A DNA stretch of 64,000 nucleotides from Octopus bimaculoides (taxonomy: Eukaryota), in contig NC_069000.1 of the NCBI RefSeq assembly GCF_001194135.2, positions 17,277,050-17,341,049 of the forward strand, given 5' to 3'. This document shows positions 20,776 to 35,500 of this stretch, piece by piece (the first letter of the stretch is position 1; the number at the start of each line of letters is the position of its first letter). The position numbers and the translations under genes are program-made. The notes beneath the pieces are model-generated. The model made no database searches. It worked only from the letters and a program-made list of their open reading frames with translations, and was not told the origin of the DNA.

Positions 20776-23700
20776 TACACACACATACATACACACATGC
20801 ACACAGCAAGCTTCTTTCAGTTTTCATTTACTGAATTCACACAGAAGGCTTTGTTTGACCTGGGGCTATAGTAGAAGTTACTTGCTCAAGGTGCCATGCA
20901 GTGGGACTGAACCTGGAACCATGTGATTCCACTAAGTAAGCAGCAGTTAGAGTTTGTGTAACAAAAATTAAAACACAAGCTAAAGAGGACTGTTAATTGA
21001 TATTCTTCCCACAAAATAATTAAGAAACAACAGAAATGTGAGATAATATTTGGAAAGTATAAAGATGAGTCCTCCACAAAACTCCATCAAAATGTTAACA
21101 AGCAGTCACATACTTACCAAGTTCTATTCGTCGACGTTTGAATGTCTTTGCAAATTGCTCCAGTTCTTCTAAGTCGATGCTTTCTTCAGCCTACAAGATT
21201 AAAAGGAATAAAAAGAAAAATGTAACTGGATCCTTACATGTCTGGCAACTGGATTAGTGTTGGTGACCAAGTCAATAAAATCTTTAAATACTTTTTATTA
21301 TATAATGCTCTAACAGAATTACATACAAAGGAAAATATAATAGCATATGTATTTTTAAATTGTTACAAAGGCTCTTCTAGGATATAGCTATTATAACTGG
21401 ATTGTCATGGCAAAACTCTGGAAAACTAAAACAAATCTTTCAGCAAGAATCCAATAAGGGTATACATTCATTATATTAAGCAATACTTGAACCAACTGCT
21501 AAGAATATGAAATAAACTTCATGAGTATTCATTGATCAAGAACATTTTTAAAAATATCTATTAGCAACAAAGCGAGTATTGATTTCAACCAAGAGGTAAA
21601 ATTTATCCCCACTTAAACATGGATGTTTTGATAGAACAAACTATACTGCAGTAGATACCATGAGAGAAACTCTCATAAACAAGAGTGCATTTTGCACCAA
21701 AAGCCAATATGAGAGTCTCTCTCATTGTAACTTCCACAGTATAGTTTGTTCTAACAGTACATCCACATTTAACTGAGGATAAATAAGAACATTTAAGTTT
21801 TCACATTGCTGTACAATTTTAGGTCTAAACAATGGATTGTTCTTATAACATTGGAAGTAATTTCTGGATTCATAATTTTGACAGGTCACGACCAGGATAT
21901 GAATATCTGAATTGATCCCAGTACAATTTAACTCATTCTCCTTCCACCAACCCAGGAAATAAAAGTTAGTTTCAGCAGGATTTTAACTCAAAATGTAAAG
22001 CAACATTAGTATAAATGCAGCACTCTGTTTTGGTTACTCAAACACCTTCATACATGTCTTGAATAATAATGGTTTCAAATTTTGGCACAGGGTCAGCAGT
22101 TTTTAGGGGAAGGAGAAGTCAATTACATCAACTCCAGTTCATGACTGGAACTTATTTTACTGAACCTAAAAGGAGGAAAGGCAAAGTCAACTTTGGAAGA
22201 ATTTGAACCCCAATGTTAGAAATCAACAATTTGCCATTATTTAATGAAGATAATTACCTGGATTGAAAGGGGGACTTGTGATGGTGACGGGGAAGACACT
22301 AAGATTGATGAGGTCAAATTTGTAGTGTTAGTTCCAGTTGAACCAGCTGACATTGCACTAACAGTAGCAGTAGACGGTGATGTGGCAGTTGTGATGGAAG
22401 GAACTGATTGGGTACTAATTGTCTGTGATGCTGTTGTTAATTGAACTGCTGTACTACTACTCACTACCTGTCCTCCACTTTGGCCAACTATATTCACTGC
22501 TGGTTGTGTTACAACTGATGCTGCTGCAGCTACTGCTGCAGCTGCTTGTTGCTGTTGTTGCTGTTGCTGTTGGGCTGCAGCAAGAGCAGTTGCTGTCATC
22601 ATTGAAATTCCCTGAAGAGAGAAAAAAAAAAGCAAAAGATAAATGCTGAAGGAATGAAAAGAAAACTATGTTGTTCTTGTATGTACTTAACACTGGATCC
22701 AGAAGACCTATATAAGTATATAAATAAATATATGCACACACATCATCATCATCATCATCTAACGTCCATTGTCCATGTTGGCACGAGTTGGATGGTGTGA
22801 CCAGAGCTGGCAAGCCGGGAAGCCACACTAGACTCCAGTCTGATTTGGCATAGGTTTCTATAGCTGGATGCCCTTCCTAACACCAACCACTTTACAGAGT
22901 GTGCTGGGTGCTTTTACATGGCAGTGCATGGGCACTTTTATGTTGCAGCACACAGGCACTTTTACGTGACACCCCGTGAGTACTTTTACATGGCACTGCC
23001 ACAAGTGCTTTACACCACTAGAAGGATCAGTCTTAACACTGCTGTCGCAGATTATGGGTCTTATGTATTTAATAATGAGGCCAATTGAGTAAATAGAACC
23101 ATAAACACACCTGTAATGCATATCAGAAACAGCTGTATGTCAAAAATGCACAAATAAAGAAATAAGTATAGACCATTATCTATGCCTTTTCTTGTATATG
23201 TAAAACATGTTGTGTTGGTGTCCATTGCACTTCCCTATTATAAATCCCATCTGATGATTTGTGATATATCACAGCGTATTATATGGCAGACCAAAATCTA
23301 TAATACCAAGTATTGATCAATACAGCTTAACCCACTCCACAAAGAACCTTCTCACTTCATGTAATATACACTATATGAAAACTTTCCTGGATAAGTTAAC
23401 AGAAGTAGTCAAATGTATGCAAAGGAAAGCTTTCTTCTGCGACTCAGATTATGGATCATAGACTCAAATCATAGACACACCTGTCTACTACTACAATGTA
23501 TAGACACTTAATTGCCGACAAGAATCAAGGACTTCTAAGATATGATAGCCCACATAAATTTCCATAAGTAAACCAATACCTTCAAAAACAAACTTGAATC
23601 TGTTACTTAAAATTTTAAGAAATTTTTTAAAAAAAGTGTAATGATGCTTGAAACATTAACCAACACCTAAATAAAAGCATTAATCAAAAGTATGGAAAAA

Positions 23701-26700
23701 GGTTAAGCACAGATTTGCAATAATAAAAATACTGAACCAAAAATATAGCTTATAACCTTAAATTAGACAACTGATTAGAATGTTTAGCTAAATACAAATG
23801 TACATCACACTCAAGAGCCATACAGTGAATTTTGTTTCCAATAATTAATCCCACAAAAGCCAAGGTCAGGTTAATTATTAAGAAAATCTCATGTAATAAT
23901 TAAAATGAAATGTAAGAAGTTAACCAACCTCCAGTACAGAAATATCAGTACTGGAGTCCTAAGCAGGTTTAATAATAATAATAATAATAATTAAAATGAC
24001 ACCAAGTTTACATAATGTTATATTGTCAAATCTTATCCCCTAATCTTGAAACCTCTATTCATCAACACTCTAGTTTTCATTAAGATACACGGATGATAAT
24101 GATTTCAATATCATCATGTATACAGGGAAAAAAAAACCTACTCTTCAACAAACATTCTGCTTCAGTTAAAATAATCAAACTTCCACAAGTTCATTCAATA
24201 TCAGTATTAAGTAGTTTAATAGAGACATTTTATCCTATTCACTACAATAAAAATGATATGTTGGTTATATGGCAGAAGCTAAAGGACATGTGTCTGATGC
24301 AATTAGGAAATACCATCTATATTCTGGTCTGAAAAATAGCTATTACCACTTACTTAAATACTGTAAATTTCTTCGATATTATTGCCAATCTAATCACAGA
24401 CGATGGAAATCTGTGTAGCATGTGTAAACACTATGTAAGTATGGTGGGAAGAAAATTCAAACAATACTTTGCACTTCTTCCTTCAGCAGTATAGAGATGA
24501 GAGGGGCAACAAAATTATCCAATTTGAAAGAACATGCAACTGGATTCAACATCAAGTCGATGATCCTCAAACTATGATAGTCACAAAAAAATGTTATAAA
24601 TGAAAACGATCTCATACTCAAAGAAACTCAATGATTCTAGATTATGAAAATGTCAGCTTAGCGGTTTTTCGCAAAAGTGTCACCACTCCGATAAATATTC
24701 GTTGAAAAACTGAAAGATTATACTACCAATTACTTGAAAGGATTAATACATAACTATTTATCATGTTCGATTAGGCTTTATTCTCTCCTTGCTTTTCATC
24801 CTCTATCAGATACTCCTTGCTTACACTTAAGCAGCTGTTATTTACATGTACTCCGCTGGTAAATTTCTATGATATACAGCAATAAATTCTTTAATACTTT
24901 CATAACTTCAACCAATTAACTGTTCTATACTCATTACCCGATAACAAGTAGTTTAACATTCCCCTCTACCACTAATCTAGTCACATGTAGTATGTCCGTT
25001 ATGCCCGTCGGTTAAACCAACCCAAGAGAAATAACTCCCCCCTAACAATCAAGATTGGTATAGAATGAGTTATGCCCCTTTTGATTTTTTTTTATTTATT
25101 TAACCATACATTGCTGAAAACTCTGATCAAGATCGAAAATTATAATTTGTAGACTAGAAACTTCGAATAAAACCATATAATCACTAATATCATTTTGTGT
25201 GTGTGTGTGTATTACTGAAGCTGAAAAACCACAAACTGTGATAATTTTATGTAACCGATCATCAGACAGCCATGAATATTTTATGTATATAGCTAGTTTT
25301 AAAATCTCTAAATGAGATTTAAATCATAACATTACTGAACAGTAAAGTCTAATTGCCAACATAAGGTGGCAGTTCTACGCAGAACTATGTTATTATCTTT
25401 TAACCCCAGGAAAACAACTTTCCCAGCTAGTCATTAACACACAACCTGTGTTTGATATATTACTCACAATATATCAGACACAGGTTGTGTGTCAATAAAC
25501 CACCTGAGAAAGATGTTTTCCTGGGGTTAAAAGGTAATAACAGTCCTGCGTGGAACTGCCACCTTATGTTGGCAAATAAGAGAAGACCTGGCAGGCCAAG
25601 TGAGACCATAACCTGTGGCCTATGCCGGTGGTGTAACCAGCCCATTTAGGTGTACCTTTCTTTCATTGGATACTAAACTATGCTTGTGAAGACTTGTTAG
25701 CTCTAGTTGCGAGGTAATATTTTTCTGAGCTACAGGCATAGTTGTGTGGTTAAGAAGCTCACTGTGCAACCATGCACTTTGAGGTTCAGTCCCACTGTGG
25801 GGTGCCTTAAGTATTTTGTATTATAACTTGCAAGCTAACCAATGCCTTGTGAGTGAATTTGGTAGACAGAAACTCTGTGTGCAAGTACTGGGGTTGATTT
25901 GTTTGACTAAACCCATCAAAGCTGTGCCCCCAACATGACTGCAGTCCAATGTCTGAAACAAGTAAAAAATAAAAGATAAGAACGTAAAAGTTCTGATAAG
26001 GTTACCGAATTCTGTAAAATGAATTGTGGTTGTAAGCTTGAAGGTAGTTGGGCAGGGTTGACCAGAACGAACTGCTGCATTCCTTGGTATGGAGTTGCTT
26101 GCTGTGGAGGAGTAGTAGTCACAACCTGAGGTGCTGTGGAAGCTGTAGAATACGTAACTTGTGTTTGAGCTTTAGGTACAATTGGAGAAGTTTGTACTGT
26201 GGCTGCTTGCACACGTTGTGGCTGAGGCTGCTGTGTAATCTGGTCAACAGAAAATGTAAACAGTTATGTAAATGAAGAAGGAGTGTATGAAATATCTTCA
26301 AGTAATATTTAATATTGGTTTCAAATTTTGGCACAACACCAGCAATTTTTGGGGGCAGGGGTAAGTCGATTACATTGACTCCAGTGCTCAACTGGTGCTT
26401 ATTTTATCAACCCTGAAAAGGATGAAAAGCAAAGTTGATCTTGGCAGAATTTGAACTCAGAACATAATGACAAACAAAATGCTGCTTTAGTAACATTGAA
26501 TATTGATTTCAAATTTTGGCAGGAGGCTAGCAATTTCAGGGGAGAGGATAAGTCAATTACATCAACTGGTACTTATTTCATCAACCCAGGAAGGATGCAA
26601 GGTAAAGTCGACCTCAGCAGAATTTGAACTCAGAATGTAAAGACAAATGAAATACTGCTAAACATTTTGTCCAGCGTGCTTACATTTCTGCTAGCTTACC

Positions 26701-27039
26701 ACCTTAGTAAAATTAAATATTAAAGAGATTAAGTTAGCCAATACATTGAAATGTTGAAACACTGAGAAAAAATTAATAAAAAAAGTTTTTAAATTACTTG
26801 ATAGCCTAATTAGACTAAGATATTAATCACATAACACAACACCTAAATGGTGCCCTTAGATCACCATTTGAGAGTTGAAGTAATTGATGATGATGATGAT
26901 GATGTGACTCTAGCATCATATCATCATCGTTTTTAACATCCACTTCACATGCTTGCAGATGCCCTTTCTGTCACCAACCCTTAAAATGATAATTTACGTA
27001 GCATGATAATTGTGAATCATCACACTGCCCCAACACAAG

Positions 27040-27085
<46 letters not shown>

Positions 27086-29048
27086 CAGCAGAGTGGACTG
27101 GTGAAGAATATTGCTGTTGACTACAAATAACCAAAGAGCCAATCACAGAACAACTGCATTTCAGGGAGAAGGAAGTGTTCATATATTTTGGTGCAAAACA
27201 ATTATGGTAGAAGCACCATGTCCAAGATTTCACCTGGTGCTTTGAAACTGAGAAGCAAGTGGCTGTAAAATAAGCCTTCTTAACTGAATATGCATACCTT
27301 TTGGTTACTTGAAATCAAACAGCTCAAGGAGTCATTAACTCATTACTTCTTTGCTTAGTATATATACTCAAATATTCTGATTACAGCCTTAAAAAAAAAA
27401 CTTTGAACATCTTTAAAATATGATTTAAACATACATTCATGCTCAGTTTTTTTTTTGGGGGGGGGGTTCTTACCTTGACTTCATTCTTGTTCATTTAAAT
27501 AAAATTTTAATCTAAGCTTAAATCTCACTTTCAGTTTGATTTTTTTTATTTTTAAATACATTCATTTTAATAAAACTCCAGTTTATGAAAATATCTTAGT
27601 TTTCCTAATTTGTAATTTCAAAATTTATAATTTCAGAGATTGAAATAAAAAAAAAAATTACAAAAATAGAAAAACTGAACTGAATTAACCTGACATGCTT
27701 GCGTAACCACGGTAGCCACTGTCGGAGATTGTTGCTGTTGTTGCTGCTGTTGTTGTTGTTGCTGCTGTTGCTGTTGTAATAAGGCTGCCTGTACAACATT
27801 GGCTGCTGCCTGATGTTGCTGCTGAAGTTGCTGTTGATGTTGAAGTTGTTGCTGAAGTTGTTGATGAAGTTGCTGAAGATCATGAGTTGAGAGGGAAAGT
27901 CCAGAGGACAGATTAGCAGAAATGGGGATCTGGCAAACAAATTAAATAGTTAAGAGTTAAATAATAATAATAATGGTAATAATAATAATAATAATAATAA
28001 GTTAGAAGGTAGACAAAACACAAACACCTTCAGGTAGATGGCCCTGCTCGATTTGTAGAAAAGGTGTAGGTAGAAACTCTATAAGATGCACCCAGTGCAA
28101 ACTATAGACACATAAGAGGTGCAGCAATATCAAAGGAAGGCTAAGTAGCAAGATAGTTTTTGTATGTAGCAGATGTTCAGGAGCTATAAACACTGTAAAT
28201 ATGCAGAAAACAATTTGTATCACATTCCAGGGACAAAAACTAGAAGTGGTTGACAGCTTCCGCTATCTAGGTGACCAAGTTAGTAGTGGGGGAGGGTACG
28301 CTGAAAGTGTAGCTGCTAGAATAAGAATAGCCTGGGCAAAGTTCAGAGAGCTCTTACCTCTGCTGGTGACAAAGGGTCTCTCTCTCAGAGTAAAAGGCAG
28401 ACTGTATGACGCATGTGTACAAACAGCCATGCTTCATGGCAGTGAAACATGGGCTGTGACTGCTGAGGACATGCGTAGGCTCGTAAGGAATGAAGCCAGT
28501 ATGTTCCAATGGATGTGTAATGTCAGTGTGCATACTAGACAGAGTATTAGTACCTTGAGAGAAAAGTTGAACTTATGAAGCATCAGTTGTGGTGTGCAAG
28601 AGAGACGATTGCGCTGGTATGGTCATGTAGCGAGAATGGATGAGGATAGCTGTGTGAAAAAGTGCCACACCCTAGCGGTTGAGGGAACCTGTGGAAGAGT
28701 GAGGCCCAGGAAGACCTGGGATGAGGTGGTGAGGCACAACCTTCAAACACTGGGCCTCACCGAGGCGATGACTTCTGACCGAGACCTCTGGAAATATGCT
28801 GTGCGTGAGAAGAAAATTATCAGACCACCTGATGTATTACATGGCTCTGAAGAGCAAGTTAGACTCTGGAGAACAGTTTCAGGTATGTTATGTGTATGAA
28901 GATCACAAGGAGAGCTCATTAAAAATTGTAGTAACTTTGAAGGTTTTTAAGTAAATGAATGCTATTCAAGGCAAGAAAGCATGATGTAGAACATTGTTTC
29001 CTTGATATGTGTAGTGACTGCATCAATGTGAGATAGACAAAGAGACAG

Positions 29049-29083
<35 letters not shown>

Positions 29084-29550
29084 TGCTGTTCTATTCTTTG
29101 ATCTGTTTAAATATCTCTGTATTTCCCAAATCATCATCCAATCAACAAATTAATTTAAAATCAACACCAGTTCATTAGTCAATATATAGAGTTAGAAGAG
29201 TTTGAAAAGTGGTGCCAGTCCTTCCAAGCTCTCTGATATCAACTACAGTAGAAGAAGAAAAAAAGACAATGTCTTACCACAGTTTGCTGGCCAAACTGTC
29301 CTTGGATGATATAACCAGTGGGAGGCATGGAAATGGATTGAGGAATGATATGATGTATTGTTTGGGCACTGGGTGTTGTAACTGCTGTTGTAACACACCC
29401 TGTTTGTTGAACTGTTGCTGCTGTTGTGGTCATTGGATGACCATCAGTAACCTGAAGGATAAAAGAAAAAAACCCTGTATAATATATAAATTTATCAGAA
29501 AACATTATGGTGATGGTGGTGGTGGCGATGGTGACCAGTCTTTTTTTAAA

Positions 29551-29581
<31 letters not shown>

Positions 29582-32500
29582 ATCATCATCATCATCATTT
29601 AACATCCGCTTTTCATGTTGGCATGGGTTCGACAGTTTGACCAGAGCTGGTAAGGCCAGGAACCACACCAAGCTCCATAGTTTGTTCCGATATGATTTCT
29701 ACAGTTGGATGCCCTTCCTGATAACAACCACTCAGCAGAGTACTGGGTGCTTTTAATGTGGTAAATAGTCGCCATTTTATATCTTTAATTTCGTGCAGGT
29801 GCATTGTTTGTTTTTGATTTTGTTGACTACAAAGTATAGTAGGGTCAGTTGGGCACTGTCTGTGAGAAAAACAGCATCATGACACAATTCCTTCTGCCAG
29901 AAATTTGGAAATGACATGCTGTACTGCTTGGCATTTGCACCAGAAGCTCCAATATGAACATTTCAGAATGTTTGAGTGTCAATTTGGGGACATGTACTGA
30001 GAGGGATAAAAATCAAACATTCAGTCAACATTATGGTGCTTGGAGTGATCACTGGTGATGGCAACATTATGCCTTCATTCATCTTCCCACATGGCCTCAG
30101 ACTCAACATGGAGGCCTACATCAAAAATGTCTGATGAAGCATTAAAATCAACTGAAACTAGTCACATTAATTACTTTTTATAACTATAGAAAGAGAAACC
30201 TGTAGTTTAAGTACAGCGCCTAATTTTTAAAGCAAAGACTAAATTAATGTCTTCCTAAATGCACTAAGTCTGGAAAAAAACTAAATGGTCGGGACTGCAA
30301 CACTTTTGATGATAAATCTGTTCAACCAAAGCTGATTCTGAGCTAAACAACAACATCATCAATTAGAAAACAAATATAAATTTGAAAGAAAAATGAGTAA
30401 CAGTTAGTTTAAGCTCACCAAATTTAGCGGTTTCACATCTTCTTCAAGGTCACCAAAAGTTAACATGTTTTCTTGTCCATGAGTTGTTTCCCCATTGATA
30501 GAACCTACAAATTGATAAAAAAAATACACTAATAACACACCATGAAATAATCTCAATATTATACTTCTGCAGATTATGCGAGTGGGGTGCCGAAAAGTTC
30601 CTGACTTTGAGTAAAAGAAAATATGGGAGGATCAGTTAATTATGACTTTATTGAATATACTCCTTTCTCAAATTCACACACCTATTGCAACCATCCTTCA
30701 GTTTTTCTAAGCCTTGTAAAAGAACTGGGAAGGTTGGGACTCCAAGCAGGCCTTTCATGATAACCTTAAAGCCAGGAACTTTTCAGCACTCCCTTGTACA
30801 TGACAGCTGATGGTAGAATCGATAAAACATCAGGTAAAAATAAAAGAGCATAAATGAGCATAAATGAGCATAAAAGAGCATAAATAAAATGAAAGAAATG
30901 AAGGGTGAGTGAACTCCACAAGCTGCAGCAAAGACATCATCATCATCTGTCAATTGTAAATAATGTACATAATTCCTCATCTCTTAAATAACTGAAATGA
31001 AGCAATTGTTTAAGCAACAATGAAAAGAAAGAGAGAAGATATTAAAGCTAGTATAACTGGAAGATCTTCAGTAAGTTTAAAGCATGTATTGATATATGTT
31101 TTGTAACATTATGGAACAATGGAAAAAGCTTTATTTTGGATAACTTTGCTTTATGACAAGTAGCAATAAGAATTTTAAGTGAAATCAACTTTATAAATCA
31201 AACATCTAAACAACTACAGCCTGGACTTTTGGGAATAAGGGATGGGGTCAAAGATTTTTTAAAAAATCAAAGCTTTCACCTTAATATAATATCAAAAAGC
31301 ATGCAAGAAGTTAATCAAAAAAACAGCACAGTAACTTGTATAAAAATTAGCTAAAACATTACAATTTTATTCATCAAAACAAGTATTTAATGCTGATGAA
31401 AACAGTCTGTTCTGAAAGAGAACTTTTATATCAAGAAAAGAAAAATTGTTAGTGAATTGAAAGCATCTAAATATTGAATCACATTATTATTATGCTGTAT
31501 TGCATTAAATTACTGTTTTCAAACTAAGTTACCAGACATAGTGACAAATATTAACAACAATGGTTCTTGTACAAGTCTAAACATTATTGTAGACATAGGC
31601 ACTTACACATACACATAAAATAATTGTATTTTTAGAAATACTACAAAAACTTCTATTTTTTTCTTTTGCTTTTTTTTATTCCTATTATTATTCAAATCTG
31701 TGTGCCTCAATTTACATATTTTCAGTCTGCATGATGATTCTCAGAAGCAAATACATGAGTAAAGCAAAGGACAACTATATATGTACCACCAGTTGCCACT
31801 CCAAAACAATCAACAAAAGTAATACAGTATATCTAGCCAATTAGAATCTTATAAATACAATAAGTAGGAGTGGCTTAGAAGATTAGGGTAATAAATAATG
31901 TTAAGTTGATGTACTGTTAGGAAAACATCTAGAGTGACCATTGAAACAAAGCGTCTAGTTAGTTTCATAAGATCTATACCAACATCAGAGTCACTAACAC
32001 TGATAGGTCAAGAAACTGTTGAAATTTATGGTGTACCTATATCTGAGAAGAATGATAAAAATTCAGATACCAGCAGTAGCAAGTACCACTATATTCTCAG
32101 AATTGCCATTAATAGGAGGAAGAAAGAAAAGAGAAATCTAAAAAAGAGAAAAAAACCTATATGGAAACTGGAGTTGGAAAGCCATAGGGTTATAGAACAT
32201 AATTATAGGTAAACATCACACAATGAAAATGTGAGGAAAAAGAAAAAAACATATAGAGCCAGACATACAAAAATATGTTCTTGCAAAGTGTGGAAATATA
32301 ATATAAAGTGAAAAAAACAACAAACAAAGAAGTGTACAATGTAGCTTAATACACCAAAGAAAATCTTGTGTTTTGGATGGGTGATACCTTCATCAATGAG
32401 AAGAAAAAGGAATTGAGAGGCAGGAAAAGAGAGAAAGGATGTCTGTTCACATGGCAAGTCACAAGTAGAATGAGAGAGAAGTAGAACGGGATGACTAGAA

Positions 32501-35500
32501 GCGGAGGCACAATCTAGATTACAATGAGATTAAACAGAGAAAGAGAGCAGGAGAGAGAAAGAGGGGAGAGAGAGAGAGAGGCTAGAGAGAGAGAGGGAGG
32601 GAAGGAAGGAGAGAATAAGTAGGAAAACTGAGAGGGAAGGAGAAAAAGTGAAAAAAGAAGAGTAAAAGGAGAATAATGAAGAGAGGAAAAAAATGAGAGC
32701 GAAGTTCATGATACCAGGTTTTTGTTTGTGTGTGTGTGCATGAAGGATATGTATGTGGTAAACGAAGAGTACCTATGTGCAATGTATTCATGTAGTGTTA
32801 TGGGGTAGAACTCTAGTTCATTACCAGTACTTATATTATTGGCACTGGTAAGATGAAAGACAAAGACAATCCTGGCAAGACTGGAACTATACATATATTT
32901 TAAGAGAAAAGATACAAAATTATGTCATTCATGCGTTATCTATGGGCATTAGCCAAAATATTAAAACCATCACTTTAAATATAATAGGTTTGCTGGTCAA
33001 TTTCAGCAGATGAGAAATATATTTCCCTGGAATAATATGTCAAGAGGATGTGGATATGTATTTCAGACTAGATGAACTGAGGTATGTATAATTAAGTGCA
33101 CTGCTTCAATATGCAACAAAATACCTGTAGTAGATTTGAACTCAAGATCTGCATGCTTATAGTTCACTCAGCAATTATACCTCTGCAACATTTATTTTTC
33201 CAAGAGACTATACTTGATATTACATAATATTTTGTAACAAATGATTTAGATCAACAAATCCTCTTGCACTCACAATTTTCAGACATTGGTCTATCTAGAT
33301 TCTATACCTCTTTTATTACAACTTCATTTGGCAGAAATACTTAACTTAGGGGTGCTCTGCTGTTTAACACATTCATAAGTAATGCCTGTCTTTGTGAGTT
33401 TCTTTTATCCACACTCAGACCAAATATGTGAAGTCCATTTTAGCAAGATAAAACTCTAAAGAAAAAGGACTTCAAGATGTAAATATGTGTAATGGCATTT
33501 CATGTATAATTCTGGAAAAGGATTGGTAAGAAAGAAAAAATCAAATCAGCAATTACAAAGTTCTGCAGCTGAAGAATCTACTGTCCTCCTATCTTTGATT
33601 TCATTTTCCAGGATTGAGACTCTTGGTTTCAGGGAGTTTTTTTTCCCTCTTCTCACAGTAAAAATATAATGAAAAATAATTATGGTATAAGTTTTCTATC
33701 TACATCAAATAATTCTTCATCATATCTCTTAAATCACAAGTAAAACATATACAAATGATTTTTTAAAAATATTTCATAGTCAGTAATAAAGCAATGGATC
33801 TGCTGTTAGTGTCATGCTGTGATCAGTACCTTTACAAGAGGAATGATTGCACAACATGTATGTTTAAACTTACCAGTACACAAAGACCGAACTGCAGCAT
33901 GTTCAATCTTGATGACTGCAATATAAGCAGAAACAGTAAATTAGATGAACTCACTGGACAAGTGCAGAGTGACCAGAAACAGCTATTAATTATATCAAGA
34001 AAAAGTTTCATATCTAATATATCATCCTTATTCTATTATCAATTGGAGATTAGCCCAATAAATCAATGTATGGTAATAAAGATAAGGTATCAAGACAGCA
34101 CCTTTACTTTCATAATTTATTTTATAAACTATTCTGTATCTTAACTGCATGAGTAGATAAGTGCTCAACTGCTTTGATTATGTTTTGAATTCAACTCATT
34201 AGAAAAGGCTTCATGTTATAAATATTTGGCCTCAAATGATCTCAAAATCCTATGCTTGTAGAGGCATCAAACACAAACTGAAAGAGAAGAGGATATGAGA
34301 TCATGCACCAGCTGGTAGGGTAGCCTCCTGAGGCATCACCAACAGAGACTGGGTCCTTGTAGAAAAGTGCAATAAATGCTAATGTGTTGTGAGATCATGA
34401 TATAACACTGACATTTTCTGGGTGAAATGCTTTAAAGTGAACTTCAATAAAAAGAAAGTCAGGAAGTGGTAATAAGTTGGGATGTGTATAGAGCCTACAA
34501 CCTAAAAGCAGTTTATTCACATGCAGTAATACTAAGATGGTCTCAAAGGAACACCATCATTATATATTATAATACATTCCATATCTTAACAAGTCGATGG
34601 TATTGGGCTACGAACAAAATGGACATGAGTTCAAATCTGATGAAAGAAAGAATGGTTAACAGTATATGTTTCTGTTCGCTTCTTTCCAGAAATAGATAGC
34701 TGATTGTTCTGGGAACATCATTACTAAGCAACAAAATCCTAATGATTCTCCATTAGCATATAAGAAGATTTATTTAATCTAATAGTTCAAGAAAAGAATC
34801 TGAACCAGAACAATTCCTTTTCATCTCCATTTTTTTTTTCTTTCTTTTTGGTCAGTAGTGGGTTGTGGTGACATTGACTCAGATGGAGAAAAAGACATTA
34901 TTTAGTTAATTATGTCACTACACTAAGTTCTAATTCTTCTATGAATTCATTTTTGCCTTATCATTTCTTTACTCCAGGGCCGGAGAACTCCTTACCCACA
35001 CAAATTTGAAACCATTCACTGACAAAGTTTCTTAAAAACCCAGATGTAAAAAAAAGGTGTAAGCCTAAGGAAAAAACCAAGAATTTGATATAACTTCACA
35101 TATCTACAAATTTGTAAAATTACAGATTCGTTACTTTACTGAGTACAGTTGCACTGTAACAGGTTCTTATGTAATTGTAGTTTACTCCTGTTAACCATCA
35201 TTGAGCAGATTTATAATCAAGGAAATTGGAGTCAACACCATCCCATCTTTTTTGTATATAAACAAGGGCAGACTGACAATAAAACAACAACAGTGAAAAG
35301 GGATGAAGTAGAATAGCAACGAAGACTTAACAACAGCAGTAAACCAGGACACAGTGGAATATCAACAATGATTCAACCAACTGCTTAAGGTCAAATTGAC
35401 TTGATTAACTTTGTTGGAAAAAAAAAATTGAGGCCAATCATATGTAATAAGTGTATTGAATAATTTATACTTAATCAATAGCAATGCAGAATACTAAACT

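Noticed and set aside
22880-23040. About 27-bp repeated units with variable spacers resembling a CRISPR array
   Set aside because: Internal tandem repeats of the RTE-tail/SINE family (also at 10930-10990); eukaryotic context, no cas genes.
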